From the NCBI GenBank assembly GCA_964230645.1, contig CAXRHT010000002.1:672001-736000 (forward strand): DNA of 64,000 bases. The letters run 5' to 3'. The position numbers and the translations under genes were made by a program. Positions 9,039 through 19,512 of this stretch are shown in pieces. Each line of letters begins with the position of its first letter. The first letter of the stretch is position 1. The DNA comes from Bdellovibrionales bacterium. Its GTDB lineage: Bacteria > Bdellovibrionota > Bdellovibrionia > Bdellovibrionales > JAGQZY01. The notes beneath the pieces were generated by a model. It made no database searches, was not told where the DNA came from, and saw nothing but the letters and a program-made list of their open reading frames with translations.

Positions 9039-10844
9039 TTATCGCGATGGGAGAACGGAAATTGTCGACAGATCGAAGTTTTCTAAAACTAAACCTGTAT
9101 GCCGGCGGAAGCCAGAATCGGTTTCCACCAGGACACTGTATTCCCCTCGTGTATTGGGCGCAAGCAGACGACCAGTGAGAGAATTCCCGTTGTAATTAAC
9201 ATTTATGTTGTTACCAACAAACTGATCGAAGGCTGTGGCTACAGAGGTGCGTGTCTCCGGGTGAGGTGAAAAATAGAAAGAATGGACGGCATTGAGGGTA
9301 ACAGGTCGTGCTTGCAAAGGCTCGCTTGCGACATCGTCGACCACCAGTGTCCCATCAGCTTGTCTGAGCACTCTCTGAGCGGTTCCCCCTCCCTCAATGA
9401 TAAGAGCACGTAAGCTTCCATCAGGATTACGCCCGACAATTTGGGTCTGAACAAAGCGCCCATCTATATAAGTTTGACCGATCCTTAAGTGGGTGGGTAT
9501 TTCCTCACCGTTTACAAAGGCTAGTCGGAAGGCATCGTCTGGCAGGCTGGGATCCATTCGACTGAAATCAATGCCGATGTCTCGACCAAGTCGCTCAAAA
9601 CCTTCTATTACCGAGGGCCCTTGGGGGGCTGAGGTGCCACCCCGTAAGGCTCTCGCTCCCCGAACCAATGCAGGACGACCTGCCGCTACGACAGCACCTC
9701 CGGTTGGAAGAGCAAACATTCCTTGCAGAAAGTTTTCAGCAAATTCTTGATCTCGCTCAGCTTCTGATGAAACCCCTGAAACAAAAGCTCCTTGGGCGGA
9801 TCTGGAATCCACAATAGCATCGATTAATCCGATCACAGGTAGATTATCTTGAAAAAAGCGATTCACTCGCGCGGTACACTCTCCCGCTGGTAATAGGTTT
9901 CTTGCAATGGGATTAAGGTTAAGACTGGTCTCGGCCAAACCGACTGGATCTTGTAGGCAATTTCTTCCGAAGTTTGATTCGCTTCGGCAGGCTTCAATTT
10001 GAGAGCGTTGACTCTCGGGTTGATTGGCTAAGAACTCTTCAAAATGACGGTTGAACTCGTAAAACTGATACCTCTCAGCAGGAGGCCAATTCTCTGCTCG
10101 TCGTAGAAACTGTCTCGACCGGCTCCAGGCTGTATTGTAACGGCGATAAAACAAATCGCGGAGTTGTTCACCATCGAGTGGATTTTGCAAAGCCCAGTCA
10201 TCACCGAGGATTTGCATCAAATTTGAATTACGAAATTCAAGGATTGCGCTAAATTCCTCTCCTCCTTCGGGATAGGCCTGTCCCGAATCATAGGCTCTTC
10301 GAGAGGGAGCTGTATACGTGCCCCAACGAGTGAGCAACCTTTGGCAAACAACATGTTCGGTTTCCCGAGAATCCCTAGTCGGAGAAATATGCAGACCGTT
10401 AACGACACCATTAAAAACAATGGCGGAATCCTCGCGGCTTGCCTGCTGATCAATAAAACAATTTTCAGCATGGCGTCTTTGTTCAGCATCAAGGGTTTGC
10501 GTCCACTGAGGAAAGAGATTCCTGTAGTAATCGTGAACCTGCTGTTGGTGAGCCAGAGCTTGATCGAGCATTCTTTGGGTCTCTTCCTGATGCTGCCGAC
10601 AATAGGACGATCGTGTTGAGGGAGTTCCCGGCTCAGCAAAGCAGGCTTGGATTTCCCCCAAATTGGACGCCGCTCCTCTCGTGGTGGTTAAAACCGAGTC
10701 TCGTAAGCTTGAGACAACATTTTCACAGTTGAAATGGGACTCGGCTGGGCCAGGCACTATGGAGCCAGACAGATCGGTTGTCTCGGCAAAAATTTCGAAT
10801 GTAAAGAGTATTGTCGCTAAAAAATATAAACTGCGAATCGGCAT
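9039..10844 (-). CDS. Large secreted hypothetical protein
   Basis: About 600-aa ORF with signal peptide after ATG 10844; several Cys. Confidence 0.7.
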   Translation of the reverse strand: MPIRSLYFLATILFTFEIFAETTDLSGSIVPGPAESHFNCENVVSSLRDSVLTTTRGAASNLGEIQACFAEPGTPSTRSSYCRQHQEETQRMLDQALAHQQQVHDYYRNLFPQWTQTLDAEQRRHAENCFIDQQASREDSAIVFNGVVNGLHISPTRDSRETEHVVCQRLLTRWGTYTAPSRRAYDSGQAYPEGGEEFSAILEFRNSNLMQILGDDWALQNPLDGEQLRDLFYRRYNTAWSRSRQFLRRAENWPPAERYQFYEFNRHFEEFLANQPESQRSQIEACRSESNFGRNCLQDPVGLAETSLNLNPIARNLLPAGECTARVNRFFQDNLPVIGLIDAIVDSRSAQGAFVSGVSSEAERDQEFAENFLQGMFALPTGGAVVAAGRPALVRGARALRGGTSAPQGPSVIEGFERLGRDIGIDFSRMDPSLPDDAFRLAFVNGEEIPTHLRIGQTYIDGRFVQTQIVGRNPDGSLRALIIEGGGTAQRVLRQADGTLVVDDVASEPLQARPVTLNAVHSFYFSPHPETRTSVATAFDQFVGNNINVNYNGNSLTGRLLAPNTRGEYSVLVETDSGFRRHTGLVLENFDLSTISVLPSR

Positions 10845-11001
10845 GGAGTCGCCCTTTCCATACCTTAAGAATAGCATAGCGTAAAAGAGATCTCGATATA
10901 ACAACGAAGAACTTCTCAACTTGAGACATAATGTAAATCTAGACGTGCAACTCGCTATCATCTTTATTTTTTAAGGCTTTCTACCGATTAGGACTTATAT
11001 T

Positions 11002-11520
11002 ATGAAAATATTTTTATTTATTTCTTTTTTAATGTTTACCGAAATCTCCTCAGCAATATTTATTGGTATTGCCGAGGACTGTCGACGGCGCCAAGAAGTG
11101 CCAGAAATATTCACAACTTCAGAACACCAATCTTTAGCCAACCAACTCTATTGGTGGCTCCATGGAGCAGCAGTGATGGCTGAAGGGGCAAGAGCCAGTG
11201 GTGAGAACGAGGCTTGTTTTGAATATGACTTAGAACGTCTTAGATCTAGCAACCCTTATCCAGCCTTCATGAACTATGCTCAGCAAGGTTGTGTTCCCGC
11301 TATTTCCCAAGTCATTGGGAGAATGACTCAGACTATCAATTACGAAAGAGGGCAAAGGTCGCAACAGGGGTTTTGCACCTATTTGCGTGAGCGGATGAGC
11401 CATTACAATGAACGGGCTAGCGTCAATTTTCAAAACTACATCCTCAGTGAAAATCCAAGGCCAGCCATTCAAAATCCTGAAGGCGCTGAGACCCCTCAAT
11501 CTGGATTGGTTTCCCAGTAA
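11002..11520 (+). CDS. Secreted hypothetical protein
   Basis: Signal peptide MKIFLFISFL; 4 Cys. Confidence 0.7.
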   Translation: MKIFLFISFLMFTEISSAIFIGIAEDCRRRQEVPEIFTTSEHQSLANQLYWWLHGAAVMAEGARASGENEACFEYDLERLRSSNPYPAFMNYAQQGCVPAISQVIGRMTQTINYERGQRSQQGFCTYLRERMSHYNERASVNFQNYILSENPRPAIQNPEGAETPQSGLVSQ

Positions 11521-11644
11521 TTTCAAATAGAAAATTAAACCCCAGAACCAATTAATCCACCACTCATTCACTGAACTCTTATGTTCTAGCCCTTTCCTGC
11601 GGAGAGACTTTCCTACTACGTTCAAAGGGTCTAAACTTAGCGGC

Positions 11645-12373
11645 ATGTTAGTTCGCACATTTTTTTCATTTAGTTATCTCAGTGACGTTAAATCTTTACC
11701 CGGCTTTACTAAAGGGGGAAAGGACAAGGTTCCAAAAGATCTCAGTGATTATAACCATGGACTTATTGCTGATTGGGCCGACCCTATCATCAAAGAGCAT
11801 ATAGAAGACGTCGCAACCAAGTCCAAAAATGAGCTAGAAATCTCAGCGAGGAACTTTAAAACACCAAGCTACCATCCTGGCACCGGCAGCTTTGAATGTC
11901 CTTATTTTCGGTATGATTTCACCGTGACTCAATCAGAGGAGGATTTTAGCAAATGTGTTTTTACTGGAATTCTGGAAGTTGAAAATCTTGAAGTTTTTAA
12001 TGAAATTGAGAATGTCATCGATAATTGTTTTGATTTCACCTTTGATAAAGTCATTTGTAGCCTGCCTAAAGGTGAGCGTGATTTAAAGGAGCTTATTTAC
12101 ACTTTGGATGACAACAAAAAACTTTTGAGTGCTGTTTTTGATTTTTCTTATGAAAACGATTTCTCAAGCTTTCAGCTCGTCCATAAAAAAGGAAAAAGAG
12201 TAATAACGGTTAGTGACAAAGCTTTAGAGGTTAAATTCGGCTCCTCCGAATCTATTCCTGAAATGATTGAGGCCTTAAAAGAAGTGAATAAAAATGTTTT
12301 CCTAGCCACTTCAAAAGAAAAATTCTTACTTGCCGATAGTGAAATGAGTGACTTGGGCGGCCGCCTCTTTTGA
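11645..12373 (+). CDS. Hypothetical protein
   Basis: 242-aa ORF with globular composition; no confident family. Confidence 0.65.
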   Translation: MLVRTFFSFSYLSDVKSLPGFTKGGKDKVPKDLSDYNHGLIADWADPIIKEHIEDVATKSKNELEISARNFKTPSYHPGTGSFECPYFRYDFTVTQSEEDFSKCVFTGILEVENLEVFNEIENVIDNCFDFTFDKVICSLPKGERDLKELIYTLDDNKKLLSAVFDFSYENDFSSFQLVHKKGKRVITVSDKALEVKFGSSESIPEMIEALKEVNKNVFLATSKEKFLLADSEMSDLGGRLF

Positions 12374-12439
12374 GCACTCACACACGCTTCAAAATTTCCT
12401 TTAACTCGTTGCAACTGACTTCAAAAGAGGCCCCAAGCT

Positions 12440-13021
12440 GTGTCTGATAATAGTCCCTCTAAAGCGGTAAAAAAAACAGTCCTTTCCTTCCCAGGGAAAA
12501 TCCACCTTATTTGTAATGACCAGGAGCTTTCAGCAGCTACCAAAAGCTTGAGCTCGGCCAAGGTGTTAGGCTTTGATACTGAAACCAAGCCCAGTTACGT
12601 TAAAGGTCAGGTTTTTAAAGTGGCTCTACTGCAGCTATCGACTGATAGGGACGCTTACCTCATTCGACTGCACAAGGTTTCTCAATTTCAAGGCCTAGTC
12701 AAAATCTTTGAAAACCCAAAAATTGTAAAAACGGGCGTGGCTATTCGTGACGACTTAAAAGCCTTAAAAAAGCTTTTTAAATTTGAACCCAACCAATTTG
12801 TTGAATTACAGAATTTAGCGAAAAAAGAAGGTCTCACTAAATTTGGTTTAAAAAGCATGAGTGAAGAATTATTAGAAGGCACCGTTTTCAAGGGGCCGAA
12901 GATGACTAACTGGGAGCGCCAGACTTTAACCGACCCGCAGCTCCTTTACGCTGCAACAGACGCTTGGATTGGACTTAAGCTCTATGAGCAACTGATTTCC
13001 TCTACAACGACCAAAGATTGA
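12440..13021 (+). CDS. 3'-5' exonuclease (DEDDy, WRN/RNase D-like)
   Basis: LGFDTE, LLQLS, NW....L...Q..YAATDA motifs. Confidence 0.92.
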   Translation: MSDNSPSKAVKKTVLSFPGKIHLICNDQELSAATKSLSSAKVLGFDTETKPSYVKGQVFKVALLQLSTDRDAYLIRLHKVSQFQGLVKIFENPKIVKTGVAIRDDLKALKKLFKFEPNQFVELQNLAKKEGLTKFGLKSMSEELLEGTVFKGPKMTNWERQTLTDPQLLYAATDAWIGLKLYEQLISSTTTKD

Positions 13022-13178
13022 TCAAAAAACGATGTACTTTCTTCAAATAAACGGCAAGCAGTCCCCTACTTCCACTATCAGTTGAATCGACAGGCTTTTC
13101 TCGAAGATCTCTTGGTAAAGAGTTCCTAGTTGGAGGCTATTCGTAGCTTTAGCATTGTTGAGATGTTAAGACCCCAGA

Positions 13179-14657
13179 ATGAAAACATTTACTGAATTAG
13201 AACTAAGTGCTCCTATTGTTCAAGCTGTTGCTGAATTAGGTTTTCAAAAACCCAGTGCTATCCAGGCACAAACACTGCCGATCCTCCTTGGTGAGCCTAC
13301 TGACTTTATCGGACAAGCTGCTACCGGAACTGGAAAAACAGCGGCATTTGCTATTCCTCTCCTTGAGAAGATCGATCTTAAGTCAAAGACCGTCCAGGGG
13401 ATTATCCTGTGTCCTACCCGCGAGTTGGCCAAACAGGTGGCCACTCAAATTGAGTTACTGGGTAAATTCTTGGGAGTGGGAGTACTTCCGATCTATGGTG
13501 GAGCTGGTTATGGCGAGCAGATAAAGGGTCTCAAAGACGGTTGCCAAATTGTGGTGGGAACTCCTGGCCGAGTGATCGATCACCTCCAAAAAGGAACGTT
13601 GAACCTATCTAAAGTTCAGACCATCATCCTTGATGAAGCTGATGAGATGATCTCAATGGGATTTAAAGACGACCTTGAGACTATTTTAAAATCTTCCAAA
13701 AGAGATTCCAGCCAAATTTGGTTGTTCTCTGCCACTTTGAGCGGAGAGGTGCGCCGTGTAGCCGATACCTATTTACATAAGGCTCAGAAAGTGTCGGTTA
13801 ACAAAAAGGAGATGCTTTCTGACTCGGTTGAACAAGTTTTTTATGCCGCTCGTGAATCCGACAAGCCTGAAGTTCTTTGTAAAATCATAGAAGCCGCCGA
13901 TGATATTTATGGAATTATCTTTTGTCAGACGAAGTCTCTGGTCACCGACCTTACCAAATACCTCACCGAGCGTGGTTATAAAGTGGACTCTCTCCACGGA
14001 GACAAAAATCAAAACGAACGTGAGAGCACGATGCAGTCTTTTCGGGAGCGAAGATTAAACCTTCTCGTCTGCACAGATGTGGCCTCTCGTGGCATTGACG
14101 TGAAGGAACTCTCCCATGTGATTAATTACTCCATCCCAAGAGAGCTTGATATCTATGTCCACCGCATCGGTCGTACCGCTCGTGGTGGCAACACTGGCAC
14201 AGCGATTAGTCTTGTGACTCCAAAGCAGCGTACAATCATTCCCCGCATTGAGAAAATGACAAAAAGTCGCATAAAAGCAGGAGCAATTCCCACACGTAAG
14301 ACGATTGCAGCAAAAAAGGTTTCCCAGATACTAGAGAAATTCAAAGAACAAAAGTACTACGCACGCGCCATTCAGCATCTGGATGAAAACTGGGAGGAAG
14401 CTATCAAAGACATGCCAATTGAAGAGATCCTTGGACGATTTATAACAATGGTTTCACCGGAGTCCTTTGATGATCAGAAACGTCAACCTATGGTGTCGTC
14501 TTTAGGAATGGGAGGCCGATCAGGCTCTTCCTCAGAGAATCGTCGCCTAAGCAGTGGGCGAAAAGATCGTGAAAGAGGACGTGGTGGTCGAGGACGTAAA
14601 GATCGTAAGGGCCGCAGCTCATCTCGTACATCAAAAACTCGAAGTCGACGAAAATAA
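13179..14657 (+). CDS. DEAD-box RNA helicase (DeaD/CshA-like)
   Basis: ATGTGKT, PTRELA, DEAD, SAT, HRIGRTAR; basic RG/RS tail. Confidence 0.95.
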   Translation: MKTFTELELSAPIVQAVAELGFQKPSAIQAQTLPILLGEPTDFIGQAATGTGKTAAFAIPLLEKIDLKSKTVQGIILCPTRELAKQVATQIELLGKFLGVGVLPIYGGAGYGEQIKGLKDGCQIVVGTPGRVIDHLQKGTLNLSKVQTIILDEADEMISMGFKDDLETILKSSKRDSSQIWLFSATLSGEVRRVADTYLHKAQKVSVNKKEMLSDSVEQVFYAARESDKPEVLCKIIEAADDIYGIIFCQTKSLVTDLTKYLTERGYKVDSLHGDKNQNERESTMQSFRERRLNLLVCTDVASRGIDVKELSHVINYSIPRELDIYVHRIGRTARGGNTGTAISLVTPKQRTIIPRIEKMTKSRIKAGAIPTRKTIAAKKVSQILEKFKEQKYYARAIQHLDENWEEAIKDMPIEEILGRFITMVSPESFDDQKRQPMVSSLGMGGRSGSSSENRRLSSGRKDRERGRGGRGRKDRKGRSSSRTSKTRSRRK

Positions 14658-14904
14658 CCCTATAAAACTCATTAATGGCCAATCCTTGAGACTTTCATTC
14701 TGAAAAATATCAGCTGTTAATTTTTTTAACACCTATCAAATAAACCTACGATGAGAATAGAGTCGTTGGTCCTTTACGATCTAAAAACGAATCCTTTTGT
14801 TTTCACTCTCTTTTAGAATTGAACTCTTCTCAATCCGAGATTCATTTTTGCATTATCTCAAAATAGAGCTAATCTATCACTGGGCATAATTAAAAATAAA
14901 ATGG

Positions 14905-15798
14905 GTGAGGGTCATGATCAAAAAATCGTTTATTTCAATTCAAATACTATTGATAGCAATATTTCTACAAGGCTGCGGCTCTAGTTATGAAGGAGCGAAT
15001 TCAAACTCAAGTACGACAACCACGTTTTATGACGGGAATCCAAGTAATTTGTACTCTGAAAATGAAGCGAACCAAGAAACAACAGATTTCTTAGCTTCCC
15101 GGGTGGGCTGTTTGACCAATGACTGTGAAATGACACCGATGTTAAATGTTATTGAAGGCACAGAACGCGGCAGAGTTCTTCTTGATGAATTGGAAGATTT
15201 CTACGATTTGTATCTGCGTCGACAGCCCGATGCCAATGGTCTTAGCTTTTGGGCGGGCCACGTCTTTCTAGGGAATATCTCAATGAAAACGGCTAAAAGT
15301 TATATTCGAAATTCTGACGAAGCTTTGCAACTTGGCCCCAAGCCAGAGGTTCAACATATTCCCTCGCCCGACTTGCAGCACACCACCTGCTCTGCTGAAA
15401 GAACCTGGATTGGACGAGAACTCTCATCAAGAGAAGGCTATGTCACACGATTTACAAATATCAGGGGATCTAGCTACCCCGGCAAAGGTCGCTACAAAGA
15501 AGATTTTACCTATTACTGTGCAAAACAACGAATTCGTTGCTGGGCAGGCCAGGTTCGAGCACGTACAGTCAATATTGTGCCTATGGCCCGCGGAGGTAAC
15601 TGTAGCGCTTTAAACTTCATTGGAAAAATTGAGTCAGACTACAACTACATCCAAAAGCTTGATGCAGATTTGGAGGCAATTTATCAAACCTGTTTGCAAA
15701 GAGAGCCAACACGGTCTGAGATCGATCAGCATATCACATCAATCGTTGAGTCTGGTGGCACCCTTTACGAAAAGGCTCAAGCGATCTGTGGGTGGTAA
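14905..15798 (+). CDS. Lipoprotein with DUF4214-like helical repeats
   Basis: LQGC lipobox; Y..YLRRQPD..GL.FW and Y..CLQREP motifs. Confidence 0.65.
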   Translation: MRVMIKKSFISIQILLIAIFLQGCGSSYEGANSNSSTTTTFYDGNPSNLYSENEANQETTDFLASRVGCLTNDCEMTPMLNVIEGTERGRVLLDELEDFYDLYLRRQPDANGLSFWAGHVFLGNISMKTAKSYIRNSDEALQLGPKPEVQHIPSPDLQHTTCSAERTWIGRELSSREGYVTRFTNIRGSSYPGKGRYKEDFTYYCAKQRIRCWAGQVRARTVNIVPMARGGNCSALNFIGKIESDYNYIQKLDADLEAIYQTCLQREPTRSEIDQHITSIVESGGTLYEKAQAICGW

Positions 15799-15902
15799 AA
15801 AGTTAAGGTGCAAGGCAAATCTTAAAAAAGTTCATCGCCACTTAACTTTCTACCAATAATTCCCATTCCAAGATGAACAAGTCCTTAAAGGCCGTTTATT
15901 GA

Positions 15903-16652
15903 CTATTTGCTCGGTACCTTTCTAAAAAAAACATCGAAATTAGGTTCCGATTTTGAAAGCAAAGTGACACCTAATATCTCAATTTTTTGACAGTGTAGGA
16001 ACATACGACTCACTCCGTAAAGTTCCTTGATTTTTTGATTCAGAGTTTGGCTTCCATAACGGCTATCTCCCACCAATGGGTGTTTGGCTAAAGCCGCATG
16101 CTTTCGAATTTGATGCTGGCGCCCTGTTATTATGCGAAACTCACAGAGGCTCAAATGAGCCGACTCTTTAATCACCTTATATTCAGTCTGGCAAGGGACT
16201 CGGTTTCTAGATAGGCCTTGGGGAGAGCGGCGCCCTTCGGCTTTGTCTGTTAGGGGTTTATTCCAAAGACCGGTCTTCATCTTAAACGCACCTTTAACCA
16301 GTCCTCGATAGATTTTATTAACCCGGTTTTCTTGAAATTCTTGAGAGAGTTTTTGAGCACTTTTTTTATGAAGGGCAAAAATCTGCACTCCACTGGTCTC
16401 TTTATCCAATCGGTGCACAGGCAAGAGGTCCTTGATTCCACATTGAGCTGATAACTTTTGAATCAAATTCTCAGGATCTTCATTGTTGTGAACCGACAGA
16501 CCACAGGGCTTATCAACCACTAGCCAGTCTTTATCTTGCAACAAAACTTGAATTTCAGACACACTTTCTCCATTTTTTTCACTCAATATTAACTTAGGTA
16601 AGATTGAGGAGCGAGTAGAAACTTCAAAGCAATTATTCATTAAACTGTTCAT
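15903..16652 (-). CDS. RluA-family pseudouridine synthase
   Basis: VDKP.G, VHRLDKETSG, TGRQHQIRKH, GD.RYG. Confidence 0.92.
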   Translation of the reverse strand: MNSLMNNCFEVSTRSSILPKLILSEKNGESVSEIQVLLQDKDWLVVDKPCGLSVHNNEDPENLIQKLSAQCGIKDLLPVHRLDKETSGVQIFALHKKSAQKLSQEFQENRVNKIYRGLVKGAFKMKTGLWNKPLTDKAEGRRSPQGLSRNRVPCQTEYKVIKESAHLSLCEFRIITGRQHQIRKHAALAKHPLVGDSRYGSQTLNQKIKELYGVSRMFLHCQKIEILGVTLLSKSEPNFDVFFRKVPSK

Positions 16653-17451
16653 GCTCTCTTATTGTTTTTTTAAGAGCCTTTTCATCCTCACACAGCGGAG
16701 GAAAGGGATTATCCGAACGGCTCCAGCGCTGAAACCAACGTTCATCTAAAGGGCGGTCTAAGTCTTTTAGTTGGCAAGCCGCTTGGGTCGTAGTCTCTTT
16801 CTCCCCTATAGGAATACCATATCCTACATAAAAGCCGGCCTCCAAGAGAGCCGCACGAACCGGTGTAGCCTGACTATAATTATAAAAAGTGGCCGAATCA
16901 TCACATTTTTCTCTCAGTTTCTTAAAACATGACGTCGTCCACATTTCTTGGTTATGATTAAGAGAATAAGGGTCATAGAAGACCAAATGACATTTATGCT
17001 CAAGTTCATTAATACATTGTAAAAAGTCACCTTCTAATAATTCCCAGTAAATGTTTTCGTGGCTCCAACTACCTCTGGATATAATGGATTCAATGGCGCT
17101 TTCATAGCCTTTAAAATGTTCAAACTCATGACTATGCTTGAGAGCAAATTTAAGAAGACTCATGTCAATTTCAAAGCTAATAATCCGCAGAGGCCTGCTT
17201 CTTGATTTGGCACAATGTAAAGCAGCTAAGGCATTGGCACCGGCCCCAAGTCCCACATCAAATAGAATAAATTCTTCTTGGGTATCTTTTGATAAATGTT
17301 TTTTTAAATTGGATTGATTAATGTAAAGTTTATTAGCTTCTTCCCAAGGGCCTAGAGGAGCGTGCATGACTTCATTCACTAAATTATTTCGAATCGAGGT
17401 CACTCCCAAAGTGGTTTTCACCACTTCAAATAGCTCTTGTTCTGTCTTCAT
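16633..17451 (-). CDS. MnmC/MnmD-type tRNA methyltransferase domain protein
   Basis: DVGLGAGAN, FYDPYS, EMW, YS....VR..L..AGF motifs. Confidence 0.8.
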   Translation of the reverse strand: MKTEQELFEVVKTTLGVTSIRNNLVNEVMHAPLGPWEEANKLYINQSNLKKHLSKDTQEEFILFDVGLGAGANALAALHCAKSRSRPLRIISFEIDMSLLKFALKHSHEFEHFKGYESAIESIISRGSWSHENIYWELLEGDFLQCINELEHKCHLVFYDPYSLNHNQEMWTTSCFKKLREKCDDSATFYNYSQATPVRAALLEAGFYVGYGIPIGEKETTTQAACQLKDLDRPLDERWFQRWSRSDNPFPPLCEDEKALKKTIREHEQFNE

Positions 17452-17726
17452 AATAAGTATTTCTACCCTATCTCCAAATTAAACAACCAAAAGCACTTTG
17501 ACTCAAAGCAAAAGGCTCCAAACCCGTCAATCTTGCCACTATTCTGAGTTGAACATTTTCAGCGATCAGTTGAAACACCTAATTGAAGGCAAAATTCTCT
17601 ATTAAGCTGTAAAAAGTTTGATCAGTTTAAATTGACAATTATGTAATTAGTATAAGCGCCCGTTTTTTTTCGGAAGGTAAAGCCTAATTTCATGTAGTTT
17701 ACCCATAACACATAAACTGTAATTAA

Positions 17727-18101
17727 TTGGAGATTCCTATGAATTTGATCAGACTATCTTTTGTATTGCTCCTCTTCCCGAATTTCGCCTCAGCAAAAAC
17801 TAAAATTTTCTGTACAAACCAAGAGACTTCACTGTCAGTAGAAATTAAAGAGGATCAATCGGCTCTGATACAATTAGGTCAGTCAGAGAAAGAAAGATTA
17901 AGCTTTCAAAGCGCAGCATTGTCATCAGATCATAATCGAAATTATTCTTTTTACGTCGGCACAATTCAGGAAGATGAAACCAAAGGGCAACTTGAAATTG
18001 TCCGTGGAGTGGAAAATGAATTGATCACACTTCAATTCGTTATCGTTAATCCAAATGGAATGGACGAATATTTCAATTATGAAGTGGATCAGTGTGAGTA
18101 A
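17727..18101 (+). CDS. Secreted hypothetical protein
   Basis: Signal peptide ending in ASA; terminal Cys pair. Confidence 0.65.
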   Translation: MEIPMNLIRLSFVLLLFPNFASAKTKIFCTNQETSLSVEIKEDQSALIQLGQSEKERLSFQSAALSSDHNRNYSFYVGTIQEDETKGQLEIVRGVENELITLQFVIVNPNGMDEYFNYEVDQCE

Positions 18102-18170
18102 AAAGCTTCACCTAAACCGAAGAGTTGAAGTTTACTTCTTAGCTTTCTCACACTGAAAGATTATACTCTT

Positions 18171-18836
18171 ATGAAACGTCTTTTTACCTGTATATTGATA
18201 GTTCTTTTTTCCAAGTCTATTTTTGCCCAAGTACCGATCCATGAGTCGGTACCACCTAGTCTTGAAACCAAGATTCGCGAAGGTCTGCAGCAGGTCATCA
18301 GCATGGAGTGGTCGCAACAGTCACCCTCTCACCGAGAGTTTTTCGGAGACTCAAGTGGAGGAGAAATCTATCTCAAGTTTTTAGAGCCAGTGGCTGGTGT
18401 TTTTTTTGATTCGAGTGACTCCCGTGGCTTTTTTGCCTATGCGGAACCAGGATATAATGTGGTCTATTTTACCTCCCTTATCGATGATCCCGACGTTCCC
18501 CCTTTAGAGCTTGTTTATGCTCTTCTTCATGAGGTTCATCATTTTGGAGAGCTTTTGATTTCCCATCGTCATGAAGCTTGTCCAGCGCTAGACGTCTTAG
18601 GAGAGCCCTTGGTGCATCCAACACTTGGTCACTCCTATGAAGGAAAGTTTGCTTGTGACGATTACCCAGATGGCGCTTTCGGTCTTGGAGTCATCATGAT
18701 GGGACAAATAGTGAAGCATTGTGAAAACTGTTCGCAAGAGACAATCAACGCCGCTCGCAAATTGGGTAAAAAACTTCTCCGTCGAATAATTTCTCCCCCC
18801 GATTTTCTAAGGTATCAGGAAGAGTACTCGTTTTAA
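18171..18836 (+). CDS. Secreted protein with HExxH zinc-metalloprotease-like motif
   Basis: Signal peptide; LLHEVHH; H..CP and ACD motifs. Confidence 0.65.
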   Translation: MKRLFTCILIVLFSKSIFAQVPIHESVPPSLETKIREGLQQVISMEWSQQSPSHREFFGDSSGGEIYLKFLEPVAGVFFDSSDSRGFFAYAEPGYNVVYFTSLIDDPDVPPLELVYALLHEVHHFGELLISHRHEACPALDVLGEPLVHPTLGHSYEGKFACDDYPDGAFGLGVIMMGQIVKHCENCSQETINAARKLGKKLLRRIISPPDFLRYQEEYSF

Positions 18837-19026
18837 TAAGACTGATTCATTCGATCGAAATCCTCCTAACACAATAAATGTAGTTTATTCAGTAAACTAG
18901 GTTTTAATAGATAAAATTCAACCTTTTTGGTATCTTTATTCCTGAAGATCACAGTAAGGCATCTAGTATTCTTTCCGCTTTTTTAATTTAGGTCGACTCA
19001 ACGAATTCTAATAGTGAGGTTACTCA

Positions 19027-19512
19027 ATGAGACGTTTAATTTTCGTAGTTTTAGGTTTTTTCCTAATCTCATGTAATGATGATGCTACCTCTCCCAAAAC
19101 AACGCCAGAAAATAACAGAGGAAAGGTTGAAAGTCCTGAAGCCCTAGTAAACGTTGATATTGCAGAACTAGAAGAATTAGGTTTCACTTATTTGGTTAAT
19201 AATGAGGAAGCCAGAGCCATTCGCCTGTGGGCCAGCCGGTGTCGACCTTCATTCACAAACGAATTAGCTGCCATGGAATTTGCTGTGAAAGAATTTGAGA
19301 ATGGAGACCAGCTTCTCTACCGCTTCTTTCCAATTTTTGGTATTATTGAGAGTACCGACGTTATAGAAGAGTCTACTATCGGCAATCCTAGAAATTACGA
19401 CATTGATTTACCTGCAATTGCCGAAAACCATGAGACAGCTCCATGTGATATTCCAGAGGATTACACAATCGTAGGCTACGTTTCGGCCCTAGAACCATTG
19501 GATCGGAATTAA
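19027..19512 (+). CDS. Lipoprotein, hypothetical
   Basis: LISC lipobox; GAGG RBS. Confidence 0.7.
   Translation: MRRLIFVVLGFFLISCNDDATSPKTTPENNRGKVESPEALVNVDIAELEELGFTYLVNNEEARAIRLWASRCRPSFTNELAAMEFAVKEFENGDQLLYRFFPIFGIIESTDVIEESTIGNPRNYDIDLPAIAENHETAPCDIPEDYTIVGYVSALEPLDRN

Noticed and set aside
5568..10844. Integron cassette array (run of same-strand orphan genes; short shared CTCCATGGC at about 7110 and 9029)
   Set aside because: No RYYYAAC...GTTRRRY attC structures or integrase were found, and the shared 9-mer is too short to be meaningful
3494..12400. Prophage or integrative element at tRNA-Asp
   Set aside because: No integrase, phage structural genes or duplicated tRNA 3' end (attR) seen
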